64,000 nucleotides of DNA from an uncultured Porphyromonadaceae bacterium. Lineage in GTDB: Bacteria; Bacteroidota; Bacteroidia; Bacteroidales; UBA12481. The notes below the pieces were generated by a model, which was given only the letters and a program-made list of their open reading frames with translations, made no database searches and had not been told where the DNA came from. Position numbers and translations under genes: made by a program. How positions within the stretch are numbered: the stretch's first letter is position 1; each line of letters begins with the position of its first letter. The stretch spans positions 15,572-79,571 of the forward strand of contig CAZEKJ010000007.1 of assembly GCA_964512915.1 (NCBI GenBank), written 5' to 3'. Positions 47,176 through 56,624 of the stretch are shown here, one piece after another.

Positions 47176-50100
47176 CTCAGGAGCCGGTTTCTTTGTCTCC
47201 GGCTCAAACTCAATCATCTGGGTGACATACTTTTCCTTCGATTCCGGGAACCGAAACTCCCGCTCCTCAATGATCCGGTCGCGGATCACCCGGATCTTTC
47301 CCCCGCTGCCGCTCAATCCCTCCACTTTAACCCGATATGTTGCCCCGGCAAGTTCATCGGAAATAATCTTGAAACCGGTGGATGAGTCGCCGGGTGCCGG
47401 ATGATGAACAACAGGCAGTACCCCGATACCACCGCTGTGATTGACGATCACCCGGATCTTATCATAGAGGGGAGCCATAGGAGTAATGCTTTGCCGGAGT
47501 TGTGAGAAATCGCCCGGGATTTTTGCTACAAGTCTTCCGATATCGATGGTACCCCCCTCAATCCGTGTACCGGGAAGCAGCTCAATATCCATTCCTATAT
47601 ATATTCGCGTGGTATCGGCAGCCTGATCTCCGGTTTTACTGCGCACGAAATCCAGCTGAGTCTGGCCGGTTCGCCTCACCTGCGTCATGGAAAAGGAGTG
47701 AACCCCGATCCGGATATTCTCAACGGTCACCGAATCCCAATCCATGGGGAACTCCGGATTCAGGTATACATAATTTTTAATCGCATCGGGTTTGAATCCC
47801 AGCATCCCGTCGATGGCCGGCTGGATCACCATGGTTTCGCTCCAGCACTGATGGCGGCATACCCCGAAATATTTGTATTGGGTGCCATGGAGCACCTCCT
47901 CAATATAGCCCAGCGACCAGTTTTTGTAAATCAGCAGGTTGCTCATCAGTTTAGAGTACCCCTGAGCGGAATTGCCGGCCGCAAAATCTCCGAGGGAAGC
48001 CCAGCCGGTAAAGAGCGGCCACACACTTCCTGTATGGTAACCACCCGGCGCGAAGAATTTCGCCTTTTCACTCACGATCCGGGTTCCCCAGTCGGTGGTG
48101 AAATTGGGTGACGCGATCCTGTCAACCACGGCCCTTTTCTGTTCCTGGCTCCTGATCTGTCCCCAGTGCAGGGGGATGGCCGTCATCACCGAGGGCTCGG
48201 TCATGTAGGTGCCATCCTTGAAAATCCCGTGGTTGAAGAATTTCGTTTCCGGGTTCCAGAATCCGGTGTTCAGTTTATCCAGAACCACTTTCGCCTCATC
48301 GGTATATTTTGTTTGCAGTTCTTTAAGCCCGATATTTTCAGCCATATACGCTGCCTGCCCCAGTGCTTCGGCCCAACAGGAGACCATATACTGCGTGGTA
48401 TGGGTGACATAAAGATCACCGCCCTCTTCCCAGCCGTGTCCCTGCTGGGTGTTCTCGATCAGGTGGTCGCGGTCGGTATCGGTGGAATAACAGAAATCGA
48501 TGGCCTTTTTAATGAATGGCCACTCCTTGCGGATGAAAGCGGTGTCGCCGGAGTGATGTAAGTATTTGCCAGCCAAAACTATATAAAGAGGTGTGGCATC
48601 CGCCGCATCAAAATGTGCGATGCCTGAGGTGGTCAGTTCATGGTAGATTTTTCCTGAAACGTCCTGATACCTGGAAAAAAGCTCCAGGATGGTTTTTACA
48701 CGTTCAAAATCGCCATAATCGAGAACGGCAAACCCGCTCCAGACGGCATCCCGACCGAAATACCACGCGTAGCCTGGACGGCCGTTGACTTTTTGGGCTC
48801 CGTTCCAGCCGTAATCCGTGGTAGCGTATCCCGCAACCAGTGAGCGGCCCACACCGGGGGTATTCACGATAAACCGGTCGCTGCCCACCAGTGCCCACTT
48901 ATAGCCGGTATTGAAATCGGCATCCGGACCGGTGATGGTCAGTTTTCCATTGAAGAGTGATTTTGCATAATCCACAGCTGCAGCATAAACGGCATCCGGC
49001 TTCATCGCCGCCCTGCGGTAGGCTGAAACAGCCTCGGTGACACCGGTAGCCGAGGTCCCCAGCACCACATCGGCCATACTTTCCGGTTCCATGACCGTCT
49101 CCAAGGTTAGTGCCACCCTGAGTCCCTGATCCGGAGATCCGGTTTTAGCCGTAACAGGCACATTCATCCCGATGGTCATGGCGAAATCGCCCGATTTATC
49201 CCTGACAACCCAGGCGTTCAGCACCTCATTCCAGGAGTAGCGGATTTCGCCGGTAACCTTTTCCGAATAGGGCCACATAAACCGGAGGTTGCTTTTCAAG
49301 CTGATTACCAGATCGATCGGCTGGTCCCCGGAATAAGCATAGTGGATCACCGCATTCCCGTCGGTCGGGTGTACGGTGATGATCTCCTTCAGGAGGCTTT
49401 CCCCGAATGCGTAGATCCGGGTAAAAGATTCCGGTCTAACCTCGATGGCCGGTTTCAATGTATTCAGCGCGATTTCCTTATCGGGATTATGCATTCTGAT
49501 TTTAACCTGATAATCGCGCAGAGCCATAACCGGATGCGCCCACACCTCATCGATCCCGCCGGGCTCCTTGCCCAGAATCACCATTCTCTCGCCGGCAATA
49601 TCCCACATGTTCTTAGGCTGGGCCGTGGCCTTGAGGGTGATCTCACTATCATGCTGCACCCAGGGCTCAGGCTTCCCTAACCACAACTTTATACCTGCTT
49701 CTTCTTCCTGATTTCTGCCCTCTGCCCTCTGCCCTCTGCCTTCCTCTTCAGCTACGACAGGCGGTCCATAATCCCAATTCCTCACCTGGCTCACCATCGT
49801 CTGGCCGTCCAGGTAATCCAGCACATTCCGGGTAAATTTTTCCAGATGGGAGCTGTTATAATTGGGCATGTCATAATCCAGATAGGCCCCGATGGCCAAA
49901 ATTTTTCCTTTTCCCAGGGTGTATTCCGTGATCAGTTTATTCTGATCATAGAGGAATATGTATGCCCAGTCAACCGCTACAACCTTTCCGTCGGGAACAG
50001 CCTCTCCGAACCATCCTACTCTCCGTACATTGATGTCCTGTTTTGGCGCATAGACATAGGCCCCGCCAAGCATCCCGTCGAAAATCGGGTGACTGCGGAA

Positions 50101-51630
50101 GGCGTGCAGTCCCAGTTTCCGGCCGTTTCCTTCATCCACCAGTTTCGTATAGGAAACCGTTGGGGCCACCTTCTCCACCCCCAGGTATGGGAGCAATCTG
50201 ACAGCGTCCATGGTCAGCAGCAGGCTGCCGCCCTGCTCAACATGCCTGCGAAACTTCCCGGCCCACTCCGCTGCCTTTTTATCCAGGTCAACGGTTGAAT
50301 CCGGCTCGTGATACCAGAGCACTTTGCCATAGGGGGTTGGGGTCCCCGCTTTCGCGGGGATGACAAGTGCATCTGCACCATCCGGGTTCGCCGGGATGAC
50401 AAGAGCCTGATCTTGAATATCTTGTTTCTTTCTTTCGCCCCCGGGTCGAGCCCGGGGCAGGCTTTTCGCCTTTCGCCTTTCGCCTTGTTTCTCCAGCGCA
50501 ACCCCCTGCTCCCAATTTACGACATACTGCCACCAATTATTCAGATGCCCGTCCTCCGGATTGATCCCTTCGAAATGCGGAATATGGCTGAACCACCAGC
50601 TCATGTACCCTTCGTGTGAACATTGCCACTCGGAACAGTCCACCGTTCGGGTCATATCGGGCTTAATATCAGGATAATAGTTCCATCCATCGGCACATGT
50701 GGTAACCGGCGTTTTGTTCACCCAGTCATAATCAAACATGCCGTTGGGGGGAAAATGGATATTCCCGATGTTCGCCAGTCCGGGGTGTGTTTTGTTGAAG
50801 CGGGTATATTTCTCCCAGTTGTTGGGGACGGGCTCGTTATAATCCCAGCGGCCGTAAAGGTGCCACATCACGGATTCGAAGCGGTGACCGTAGCTTTCGA
50901 GTGCCAGCGACATTTTCCGTTCGTAGTTCAGTCCCATTACCACCAGAAGTTCCTTGTTCGAAGTGGTGGTTGTGGGTTCGGAGTTGAGCCAGAAGCCGGT
51001 GGCGCCGCAATAGTTGGATTCCCACATGCCTCCGTAAGGAAACGACCAGACCCACACCTCATTGATCTGATTTTTATCGCGCATTTTGTCGAAGCCGTAG
51101 TGCTCCACAAACTCCTTGTAATCGAAATGCGTTCCGGTCTCCTTGAGGGTTTTCCAGTCGGGCTCCATCAGCAGGTTGACCATCTCATCGGTGCCGAGCA
51201 TCACATTATTATCGTTCCTCCGGGAGAAGAACTTCCCGTCATCGATGATCTTTACCACCTCATACTGTACCACCCCATGGCTGATCTTTTCCAGGGCGGC
51301 CTCGTACTCCCGGTTCAGCACCATCGGATCGTTCCACATGAAGGTGCGGCCCGGGGTTTTCACCACCTCATGGAGCCGCTTGCCGCCATATTGAGGCAGC
51401 GCCGGATCCTGGATGACGACCGCGACTTTCACCTTGATGGGCTTGGCGGGGGGGAGCTGGGCGAAGGCAGAAGGCAGAGGGCAGAAGGCAGAAATCAGTA
51501 AGAAGAAGGAAGGAAGAAGGAACAGGTTTCTGCCAGCCTGTAGCTTCAGAGCCGGAGCGGAGCTGGGACATAAAACCCCGGGCTGAACCCCGGGGTTACT
51601 GATGTCTGTCGAAGACGATTTTCTAATCAT
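45760..51630 (-). CDS. 1956-codon composite ORF: unknown module A, unknown module B, glycogen-debranching (GDE_C/amylo-alpha-1,6-glucosidase-like) module, GH13 alpha-amylase-family module
   Basis: Uninterrupted frame. Module junctions consist of repeat modules otherwise seen in intergenic DNA. Whether it is one polypeptide is uncertain (see findings). Confidence 0.55.
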   Translation of the reverse strand: MIRKSSSTDISNPGVQPGVLCPSSAPALKLQAGRNLFLLPSFFLLISAFCPLPSAFAQLPPAKPIKVKVAVVIQDPALPQYGGKRLHEVVKTPGRTFMWNDPMVLNREYEAALEKISHGVVQYEVVKIIDDGKFFSRRNDNNVMLGTDEMVNLLMEPDWKTLKETGTHFDYKEFVEHYGFDKMRDKNQINEVWVWSFPYGGMWESNYCGATGFWLNSEPTTTTSNKELLVVMGLNYERKMSLALESYGHRFESVMWHLYGRWDYNEPVPNNWEKYTRFNKTHPGLANIGNIHFPPNGMFDYDWVNKTPVTTCADGWNYYPDIKPDMTRTVDCSEWQCSHEGYMSWWFSHIPHFEGINPEDGHLNNWWQYVVNWEQGVALEKQGERRKAKSLPRARPGGERKKQDIQDQALVIPANPDGADALVIPAKAGTPTPYGKVLWYHEPDSTVDLDKKAAEWAGKFRRHVEQGGSLLLTMDAVRLLPYLGVEKVAPTVSYTKLVDEGNGRKLGLHAFRSHPIFDGMLGGAYVYAPKQDINVRRVGWFGEAVPDGKVVAVDWAYIFLYDQNKLITEYTLGKGKILAIGAYLDYDMPNYNSSHLEKFTRNVLDYLDGQTMVSQVRNWDYGPPVVAEEEGRGQRAEGRNQEEEAGIKLWLGKPEPWVQHDSEITLKATAQPKNMWDIAGERMVILGKEPGGIDEVWAHPVMALRDYQVKIRMHNPDKEIALNTLKPAIEVRPESFTRIYAFGESLLKEIITVHPTDGNAVIHYAYSGDQPIDLVISLKSNLRFMWPYSEKVTGEIRYSWNEVLNAWVVRDKSGDFAMTIGMNVPVTAKTGSPDQGLRVALTLETVMEPESMADVVLGTSATGVTEAVSAYRRAAMKPDAVYAAAVDYAKSLFNGKLTITGPDADFNTGYKWALVGSDRFIVNTPGVGRSLVAGYATTDYGWNGAQKVNGRPGYAWYFGRDAVWSGFAVLDYGDFERVKTILELFSRYQDVSGKIYHELTTSGIAHFDAADATPLYIVLAGKYLHHSGDTAFIRKEWPFIKKAIDFCYSTDTDRDHLIENTQQGHGWEEGGDLYVTHTTQYMVSCWAEALGQAAYMAENIGLKELQTKYTDEAKVVLDKLNTGFWNPETKFFNHGIFKDGTYMTEPSVMTAIPLHWGQIRSQEQKRAVVDRIASPNFTTDWGTRIVSEKAKFFAPGGYHTGSVWPLFTGWASLGDFAAGNSAQGYSKLMSNLLIYKNWSLGYIEEVLHGTQYKYFGVCRHQCWSETMVIQPAIDGMLGFKPDAIKNYVYLNPEFPMDWDSVTVENIRIGVHSFSMTQVRRTGQTQLDFVRSKTGDQAADTTRIYIGMDIELLPGTRIEGGTIDIGRLVAKIPGDFSQLRQSITPMAPLYDKIRVIVNHSGGIGVLPVVHHPAPGDSSTGFKIISDELAGATYRVKVEGLSGSGGKIRVIRDRIIEEREFRFPESKEKYVTQMIEFEPETKKPAPEVVYYVLPRSFYDSNGDRIGDLNGLKKKLDYLQDLGVTSILTLPLMESESYHNYFAKDYWKIDPEYGTMKEFTELLREIHKRGMRFYLDMETQYVTEGSDWYASKPDYQLAGTPWGKVISYDGTSRGLNMANLNHPEVKKYFYDLYHYFLDPNKDGKFDDGVDGFRIDHIMDDLDFTGRLTNLYAGFWKPLFDELRAINPNIRIIGEQANWMEYGTEIFKKADLDLVFAFPLYMAINSLDKNQIQNKLDTTYLMTPPGKDQLIFIENHDVDRFASLMNGDLAREKVGAAFNLLLKGTPLIYYGQEIGMKGIKHEVPTDGDQISRREAFEWYKNTEGPGMAHWYKNSGIWWDKRYGKANDGISVEEQIKDPNSLWNFYKTLISLRKQYPALAHGEVRILPNDNPGVITFVRTLGDFKNWIWVAINLTGTLQELEKPHYSVNGYLGEVLFAEPADSRLESIRIHLPPYGIIVSR
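47176..49692 (-). other. Glycogen debranching enzyme-like (GDE_C) module
   Basis: YFGRDAVWSGFA, ADATPLYIVLAGKY, GHGWEEGG and GGYHTGSVWPLFTGWAS motifs are typical of amylo-alpha-1,6-glucosidase-type (alpha/alpha)6 enzymes. Confidence 0.7.
49698..49740. repeat. Single arm of a subfamily-B GGCAGAA element inside the composite ORF
   Basis: CTTCTTCTTCCTGATTTCTGCCCTCTGCCCTCTGCCCTCTGCC is followed by TTC where intact copies have TTA. No partner arm is present. Confidence 0.85.
49741..50340 (-). other. Module B of the composite ORF (unknown function, about 200 aa)
   Basis: PYGKVLWYHEPDS...NWDYGPPVVAEEE. A GTG lies at its start. Ends exactly where intact repeat copies carry a stop codon. Confidence 0.45.
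50341..50484. repeat. Composite of intergenic-type modules inside the composite ORF
   Basis: On the minus strand: (GGCGAAA)x3, GC hairpin CCCCGGGCTCGACCCGGGG, GAAAGAAAG, then two GTCATCCC...GAAA/GAAC hairpin units (50379-50400 and 50341-50364). Confidence 0.85.
50485..51459 (-). other. Module A of the composite ORF (unknown function, about 325 aa after the repeat-encoded N terminus)
   Basis: Compositionally normal coding sequence, PAKPIKVKVAVVIQDP...NNWWQYVVNWEQGVALEKQ. No family recognised. Confidence 0.5.
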
Positions 51631-51718
51631 TCCAGAGAGTTGTTATAATGAATACCTTATAAGACTTTAAAATTTTCACTTTCCTTTCTGCCTTTCTGCC
51701 CTCTTGCCCTTCTGCCCT
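51460..51718. repeat. GGCAGAA-type element whose left arm is translated as the N terminus of the composite ORF
   Basis: Left arm at 51460-51525 (GGCGAAGGCAGAAGGCAGAGGGCAGAAGGCAGAAATCAGTAAGAAGAAGG). Right arm at 51679-51718 (CTTTCCTTTCTGCCTTTCTGCCCTCTTGCCCTTCTGCCCTA). The ORF ATG at 51630 lies in the core. Confidence 0.7.
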
Positions 51719-51747
51719 ATTTTGTCTCAGTCCCGTTTCGTATCACC

Positions 51748-52764
51748 TCAGTCGGCGCCAACATTAATCTCAAGATCATATTCCCTGCATTCGCCCGGTT
51801 CCAGAAACAGCAGGGTGCCGCTTTCGCGGGCGGGAGCCTGACCCATGGTGGGGTTGGTTCCCGGTTCAAGGCCCGTAACATACTCACCTTTCCCCCAATG
51901 CTGCCAGTTGATCAGCCAGGGCAATTGCTCTTTGCGGAATTTCAGGCTGAACCGCACTCCGATATTCTTGTTCAGGATGCCGCATTCGCACCAGCCTTTT
52001 TTATCGGGCTTACTATCGATAAAGGCGCACGCTTCGCCGGTTCCGCAGTGCAGGTCGAGCGGAGGCGGACAGGTTTTGAAGGAGCCCCCTTCATGAAAGA
52101 TCAAATCATCCAGCTCCCCTCCGCGCGAGTCCCACTCTCCATCCCAGAAAATCTCCGAACCTTCGTCAACCAGGGGCCAACCCAGATTCACGTGATATAA
52201 AAGCATGTGCGGCGCAGGAATGTTTCCCCGGTTGGTCACCTTGTCGCGGATTCGTATCAGGGATTCTCCCAGCTTGCCGGAAATAGTCCGCTCAAGCTCC
52301 AGCTTCAGCCCGAATACCCGTGATTGTCTCATCACTCCCGAAATGCTGAAATCCAGCTTGCCCATTGCAGGATCGGGCTGGTTGATGCTGCGGATCTCGG
52401 CCTGGCTATATCCGATCTGCCCGTGAAGTCCGCGATCACCATACTCATCATTCTCCGGACTCCCCATGTGATCCAATCCGCAGGTGGTCACCAGTCCGCC
52501 GCCCCAGTGCCGGAGCCAGTCGAGCCCGCTCTGGTAACTTGCAGGCGGGGTTTTGACTCCATGATGGCTGATCCAGGCCAGGCCATGCTGGTTATAAAAG
52601 GCTTCGGCAATGTCCATCCCTCTGTCAAGAACCACTTTGAATCGTAATCCCGATCCGGTATTGATCCAGGCAACCCTTACTCCGCGACCTGCACCGTTAT
52701 CCAGAACAGCGGTTTCAATGCCGCCAACCTGATACGGATGGCTGATTTTATCTTTCCAGTTCAT
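51748..52764 (-). CDS. Aldose 1-epimerase family protein (DUF4432, mutarotase-like)
   Basis: N-terminal pattern VGGIETAVLDNGAGRGVRVAWINTGSGLRFKVVLDRGMDI is typical of DUF4432. The start overlaps the upstream stop (TAATG). Confidence 0.7.
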   Translation of the reverse strand: MNWKDKISHPYQVGGIETAVLDNGAGRGVRVAWINTGSGLRFKVVLDRGMDIAEAFYNQHGLAWISHHGVKTPPASYQSGLDWLRHWGGGLVTTCGLDHMGSPENDEYGDRGLHGQIGYSQAEIRSINQPDPAMGKLDFSISGVMRQSRVFGLKLELERTISGKLGESLIRIRDKVTNRGNIPAPHMLLYHVNLGWPLVDEGSEIFWDGEWDSRGGELDDLIFHEGGSFKTCPPPLDLHCGTGEACAFIDSKPDKKGWCECGILNKNIGVRFSLKFRKEQLPWLINWQHWGKGEYVTGLEPGTNPTMGQAPARESGTLLFLEPGECREYDLEINVGAD

Positions 52765-54845
52765 TATTTCTTTTTATAACTGATTAACATTGATTTTGTC
52801 GTCTCTTTCAGAATCAGGTCGAGGTTTTCCATCAACTCTTTTCCTGATTTGCTAACCCTGATATTCTCATCCTCGATGAATAACTCATACGTGGCCTGGG
52901 GATCTATCCCCCGGAGTTTTACCCCGATTTTTTCGATCGGACAGGCCGGCCGGCGGAAAGCCATGATAATGCCGTCTCCCTCTTTGGGCCTGTTCAGCTG
53001 GTAGGCGAGCCAGACTGAGTCGGAGGTAATGTTATCGCCTGAGGTAAGCGGGTAAAAATCGGAATAATAGAAAGGCCTGAGCCGCTTAAAATCGGCGATG
53101 TATTTCTGCAGTGCGGGGAGGGAATATCCGCCCCGGTCGAGATCCCATCCGGTTATCATAGCGGTGCTCATGCTGGAGCGGAACGTGTAGGGATTCAGGG
53201 TAATATTTCCCGTGCCATGCAAAGGAAGATAGTAACTCAACCCTACCGTATGACACTGATAACCATTGGGTTCTCCATAATTATAATCGGTCCTCCAGAG
53301 CGGGGAACTCACCGAGGTGGTTTCCAGGTCGATCCGGCGGCCACCGCTGGCGCAATTATCGATAATAAGATTGGGAAACCGCTTGTGCAGGCCGTTCCAG
53401 TAAGCATACAAACCTTCGATGTGCCGGATCTCCGACATGCCCTCGCGGCCCGGCTTGTCGTTATACATCCAGTAAAGCCAGGGATCAAAATTGAAATCCT
53501 GGCGATAGTAATCGATCCCCTCTTTTTCAATCATGTCGCCGATATATTTCGTCAGCCATGCGCAGGCTTCCGGATCGCCAAGATTAAAGAGCGCATTGGT
53601 CCGGTTCACCCGGTTGTAGGGTTCACGGGTTACTGAGTCGGGAATTCGGATAATATACTTGTCGAGCTCCTTATCCCACTGCGTTCCTTTATACACCCGT
53701 TCAGGCTCGAACCAGAGAATAAATTTGGCCCCAACCTCGTGCACCGCATCGGTTACCGGTTTGAGTCCGCGGGGGAAATTCAGCTTGTTGACGGTCCAGT
53801 TTCCAACGTTTGACCACCAGGTTCCGCAGCCGGTATACCAGCCGGCATCGATCCAGAGGACCTCGGGAACAATCCCGAACTGCCGGTGCCGGTAAGCCAT
53901 GGCGATAGCATGGGTTTCCGTGGCGCAGCTGTGTTCGTTGCAGGGTTCCGGACCGTATCCGGCCAGGTTGCTTGCAAAAGGAAGCTCATTGGGCTTCCCG
54001 TTGATTTTCCAGGTGTGGTGCGCAAGAATAAACTGGCGGAACTGATTGTGTCCGGTCATAATGTCCTCTCCCTTCCAGAAAAGCATCGCAATCCGGGGAG
54101 TGCGAAACTCTTCATCGGGATACAAAAAGAGGTTCATCCGTTCCATGCCCGATTTGAGTGAAACCGACTGATCATCGGTCTTCAGCAAATCCGCGTACCA
54201 TTTGCCCGTCCAACCCACTGCAGCAATGATTCCCTGATTACCGGGAACCTCGATATTGAAGAACGGGAATGCATTATTTTCCGATGAACGGCCTCCGGGA
54301 GGGGTCATATAAAAGCTTTTGCCCGCCGTGAGTTCGTCCTGAAGCATCTCGAAATCATTTCGGGTGGCGCTGCTGCCGCGGGAATGGTGAAGAGTAAAGG
54401 TCCCTTTTTGCTCGTACCTGAAAACCTGGTCGATCACTTTCACTTTTTCCAGCTGCCGGGTATTCTTTTTTGAATTATTCTTAAAGTTCAATACCCACTC
54501 GATGGCAGGAAAATCCTTAAAACAGGTGACCTTGCAGGTCGCGGTGAGTCCCGTTTGAGGATCCTTGTAGGTAAAAATATATTCCTGAATGGCGGGATCC
54601 GCCGGCGGAACCACCGTCTTGCGGAAATCCCACTGCCTGAGAAAGGTTTTAGACTCTTTCCCGTTGTATACAAAAGAGAAGGGGGGAATCCTGCCTTTTG
54701 TAAAATTTGTTTCTGCCCACTTGCATGCATCAAAGGCTCCGGCACCCGCACCGGTTTTGTCCCACGCGGCCCCGGGGAGTCTGATGCCGGTGACTGACAG
54801 CATCAGCATAAGGAGCAAGGCTGTTTTTTTCATTTGTTTTGACAT
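52764..54845 (-). CDS. GH36-like alpha-galactosidase family protein, secreted
   Basis: WIDAGWY and DNCASGGRRIDLE...WRTDY motifs are typical of clan GH-D (GH36/GH27). ATG at 54845 or 54833 precedes a signal peptide. Confidence 0.65.
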   Translation of the reverse strand: MSKQMKKTALLLMLMLSVTGIRLPGAAWDKTGAGAGAFDACKWAETNFTKGRIPPFSFVYNGKESKTFLRQWDFRKTVVPPADPAIQEYIFTYKDPQTGLTATCKVTCFKDFPAIEWVLNFKNNSKKNTRQLEKVKVIDQVFRYEQKGTFTLHHSRGSSATRNDFEMLQDELTAGKSFYMTPPGGRSSENNAFPFFNIEVPGNQGIIAAVGWTGKWYADLLKTDDQSVSLKSGMERMNLFLYPDEEFRTPRIAMLFWKGEDIMTGHNQFRQFILAHHTWKINGKPNELPFASNLAGYGPEPCNEHSCATETHAIAMAYRHRQFGIVPEVLWIDAGWYTGCGTWWSNVGNWTVNKLNFPRGLKPVTDAVHEVGAKFILWFEPERVYKGTQWDKELDKYIIRIPDSVTREPYNRVNRTNALFNLGDPEACAWLTKYIGDMIEKEGIDYYRQDFNFDPWLYWMYNDKPGREGMSEIRHIEGLYAYWNGLHKRFPNLIIDNCASGGRRIDLETTSVSSPLWRTDYNYGEPNGYQCHTVGLSYYLPLHGTGNITLNPYTFRSSMSTAMITGWDLDRGGYSLPALQKYIADFKRLRPFYYSDFYPLTSGDNITSDSVWLAYQLNRPKEGDGIIMAFRRPACPIEKIGVKLRGIDPQATYELFIEDENIRVSKSGKELMENLDLILKETTKSMLISYKKK

Positions 54846-54948
54846 TGGTTTACCCTGCAATTTACAAGTTCCCCGCCGGGATTCCCAAGCATACAACCGA
54901 TTGATTTTTTGCTATTTTTGAACCGTCTAAACCAGGGAGGGTACCATA

Positions 54949-55695
54949 GTGACATCGCTCAAAGGGCGGCTTCGGTCTCCTGTTTTTTCCTTTATTACGG
55001 TTCCGATATTTGTGGTCCTGTACACTTTTACTGGTGTTACAGCCCTGATTACCTGGCCGTTTGCTTTTTCAAGACAGAAGCGGACAGTACGTAAAATTAT
55101 TCGCTTCTGGTCCTTCTCCATTTTCTTTTTAATGGGCAAGCGATTAAAGGTCAAGGGTATTGAAAATATCGAGCCCGGAAAGAAATATATCCTCCTGGCC
55201 AACCATGCCAGCCTCTTTGACATCACCGCCATCCTGGCCTTTTATCCGGGGATCTCCTGGTTTGGCCGGGAACACCTTTTACGGGTTCCCGTGTTCGGGC
55301 ATATCCTGAAAATGATCGATTATATCCCGATGAGCCGGGCCGATGTTAAAAATACGCGGCGCATGCTGGACCAGCTGGTAAAAAAATCCGAAGGACATTC
55401 CATCGCGATGTTTCCTGAAGGAACACGGACCCCGTCAGGTGAAATCAGCAATTTCCGGAGGGGTTTTATCCACGTAATACGATCCACCGACCTTGAGGTC
55501 CTGCCGGTAACCCTGAACGGATTTCATTCATTAAAGCCAAAAAACAGGTTCTGGATAGATTTCGGATCAAGAATCAACGTAATCATCCATCCGCCCATAC
55601 CCAACGAATCCCTTAAACAACAAACCGATCTGGAGATCGTCCACACAGTCAGGACCATCATCCAATCGGCTTACCAGCAACAACACAAACATTGA
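54949..55695 (+). CDS. 1-acyl-sn-glycerol-3-phosphate acyltransferase (PlsC/LPLAT family)
   Basis: HX4D motif (NHASLFD) and FPEGTRT motif. GTG start. Confidence 0.8.
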   Translation: MTSLKGRLRSPVFSFITVPIFVVLYTFTGVTALITWPFAFSRQKRTVRKIIRFWSFSIFFLMGKRLKVKGIENIEPGKKYILLANHASLFDITAILAFYPGISWFGREHLLRVPVFGHILKMIDYIPMSRADVKNTRRMLDQLVKKSEGHSIAMFPEGTRTPSGEISNFRRGFIHVIRSTDLEVLPVTLNGFHSLKPKNRFWIDFGSRINVIIHPPIPNESLKQQTDLEIVHTVRTIIQSAYQQQHKH

Positions 55696-55697
55696 TT

Positions 55698-56624
55698 ATG
55701 GAACAGCAAAATAAAAAGGAGTGGGCCTTTATTGTTAATCCGATCGCAGGGAACGGATTCGGCCTGAGCTATCTTCCAACCGTGAAGGCCATGATTGAAA
55801 AGTACGGGATTCTTGCAGATGTTGTTCTTACCGAGCGTCATGGTCATGCAACCGAACTCGCACAAGCATTTGCTGATCAAGGATATAAATACATTATCGG
55901 GGTGGGTGGCGACGGTACCCTGAACGAGATTTCCCGCCCGTTGATCAACAACCTGAATGTCACCGTCGGCATTATTCCGGCGGGTACCGGAAACGATTTT
56001 ATCCAGATTCTCGGACTTCCCAACCGGTTCACGGAGCAGGACTGGGATACTTTTTTTAAGTTAAATGTAATATTGATGGATGCCGGTTCGGTGAACGGAA
56101 TGTATTTCATCAACGGCATGGGCCTGGGCTTCGATGCACAGGTTGCTGCTGAAAACTATACGAAACCAGGAGAAACCAAACGCGGAGGAAAAAACAAGTA
56201 TATCTGGCACATTGTGAAAACCCTTCTGTTTTTCAGGGAGAAACATGTGATCATGAAGTCAAACGGGGAAAGAAAGGAAACCAACTGCTTTATCAATACC
56301 ATCGCCAACGGGCGGCGATTTGCCGGAAGCTTTTTCCTTACGCCCAAAGCCATAGCCAACGACGGGCTCCTGGATGTTTGCAGCATCAAGAAGCTCAATC
56401 TTATCGAGCGGTTCCAGCTGTTATTGATGGTTCCGAAAGGCACCCATATCCACGACCACCGGGTAAACTACTACCAAACGGCACATATCAGCCTTGAATT
56501 CACCGAAGAGGTGCCCTTCCATGTCGACGGCGAACTCCATTTTGCAAAGGAATTTGATGTGAAGGTGCTGCCCGGGGCGTTGAGGATGATTTATAACCCG
56601 GGGGGACCGCATTACTTTCAGTGA
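55698..56624 (+). CDS. Diacylglycerol/lipid kinase (YegS/BmrU family)
   Basis: FIVNPIAG and GGDGTLNE motifs. The ATG at 55698 is preferred over the TTG at 55692. Confidence 0.8.
   Translation: MEQQNKKEWAFIVNPIAGNGFGLSYLPTVKAMIEKYGILADVVLTERHGHATELAQAFADQGYKYIIGVGGDGTLNEISRPLINNLNVTVGIIPAGTGNDFIQILGLPNRFTEQDWDTFFKLNVILMDAGSVNGMYFINGMGLGFDAQVAAENYTKPGETKRGGKNKYIWHIVKTLLFFREKHVIMKSNGERKETNCFINTIANGRRFAGSFFLTPKAIANDGLLDVCSIKKLNLIERFQLLLMVPKGTHIHDHRVNYYQTAHISLEFTEEVPFHVDGELHFAKEFDVKVLPGALRMIYNPGGPHYFQ

Noticed and set aside
50341-50400. VIPAKAG / RFRGDDK peptides as a conserved protein motif
   Set aside because: They arise from translating the GTCAT-stem-GAAA-stem hairpin units. The conservation is at the nucleotide and structure level, not the protein level.
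50623-51501. 292-aa ORF on the plus strand. The same applies to 6451-7284, 18709-19560 and 46672-47385.
   Set aside because: All lie antisense within long, motif-supported minus-strand genes, and none has a recognisable domain.
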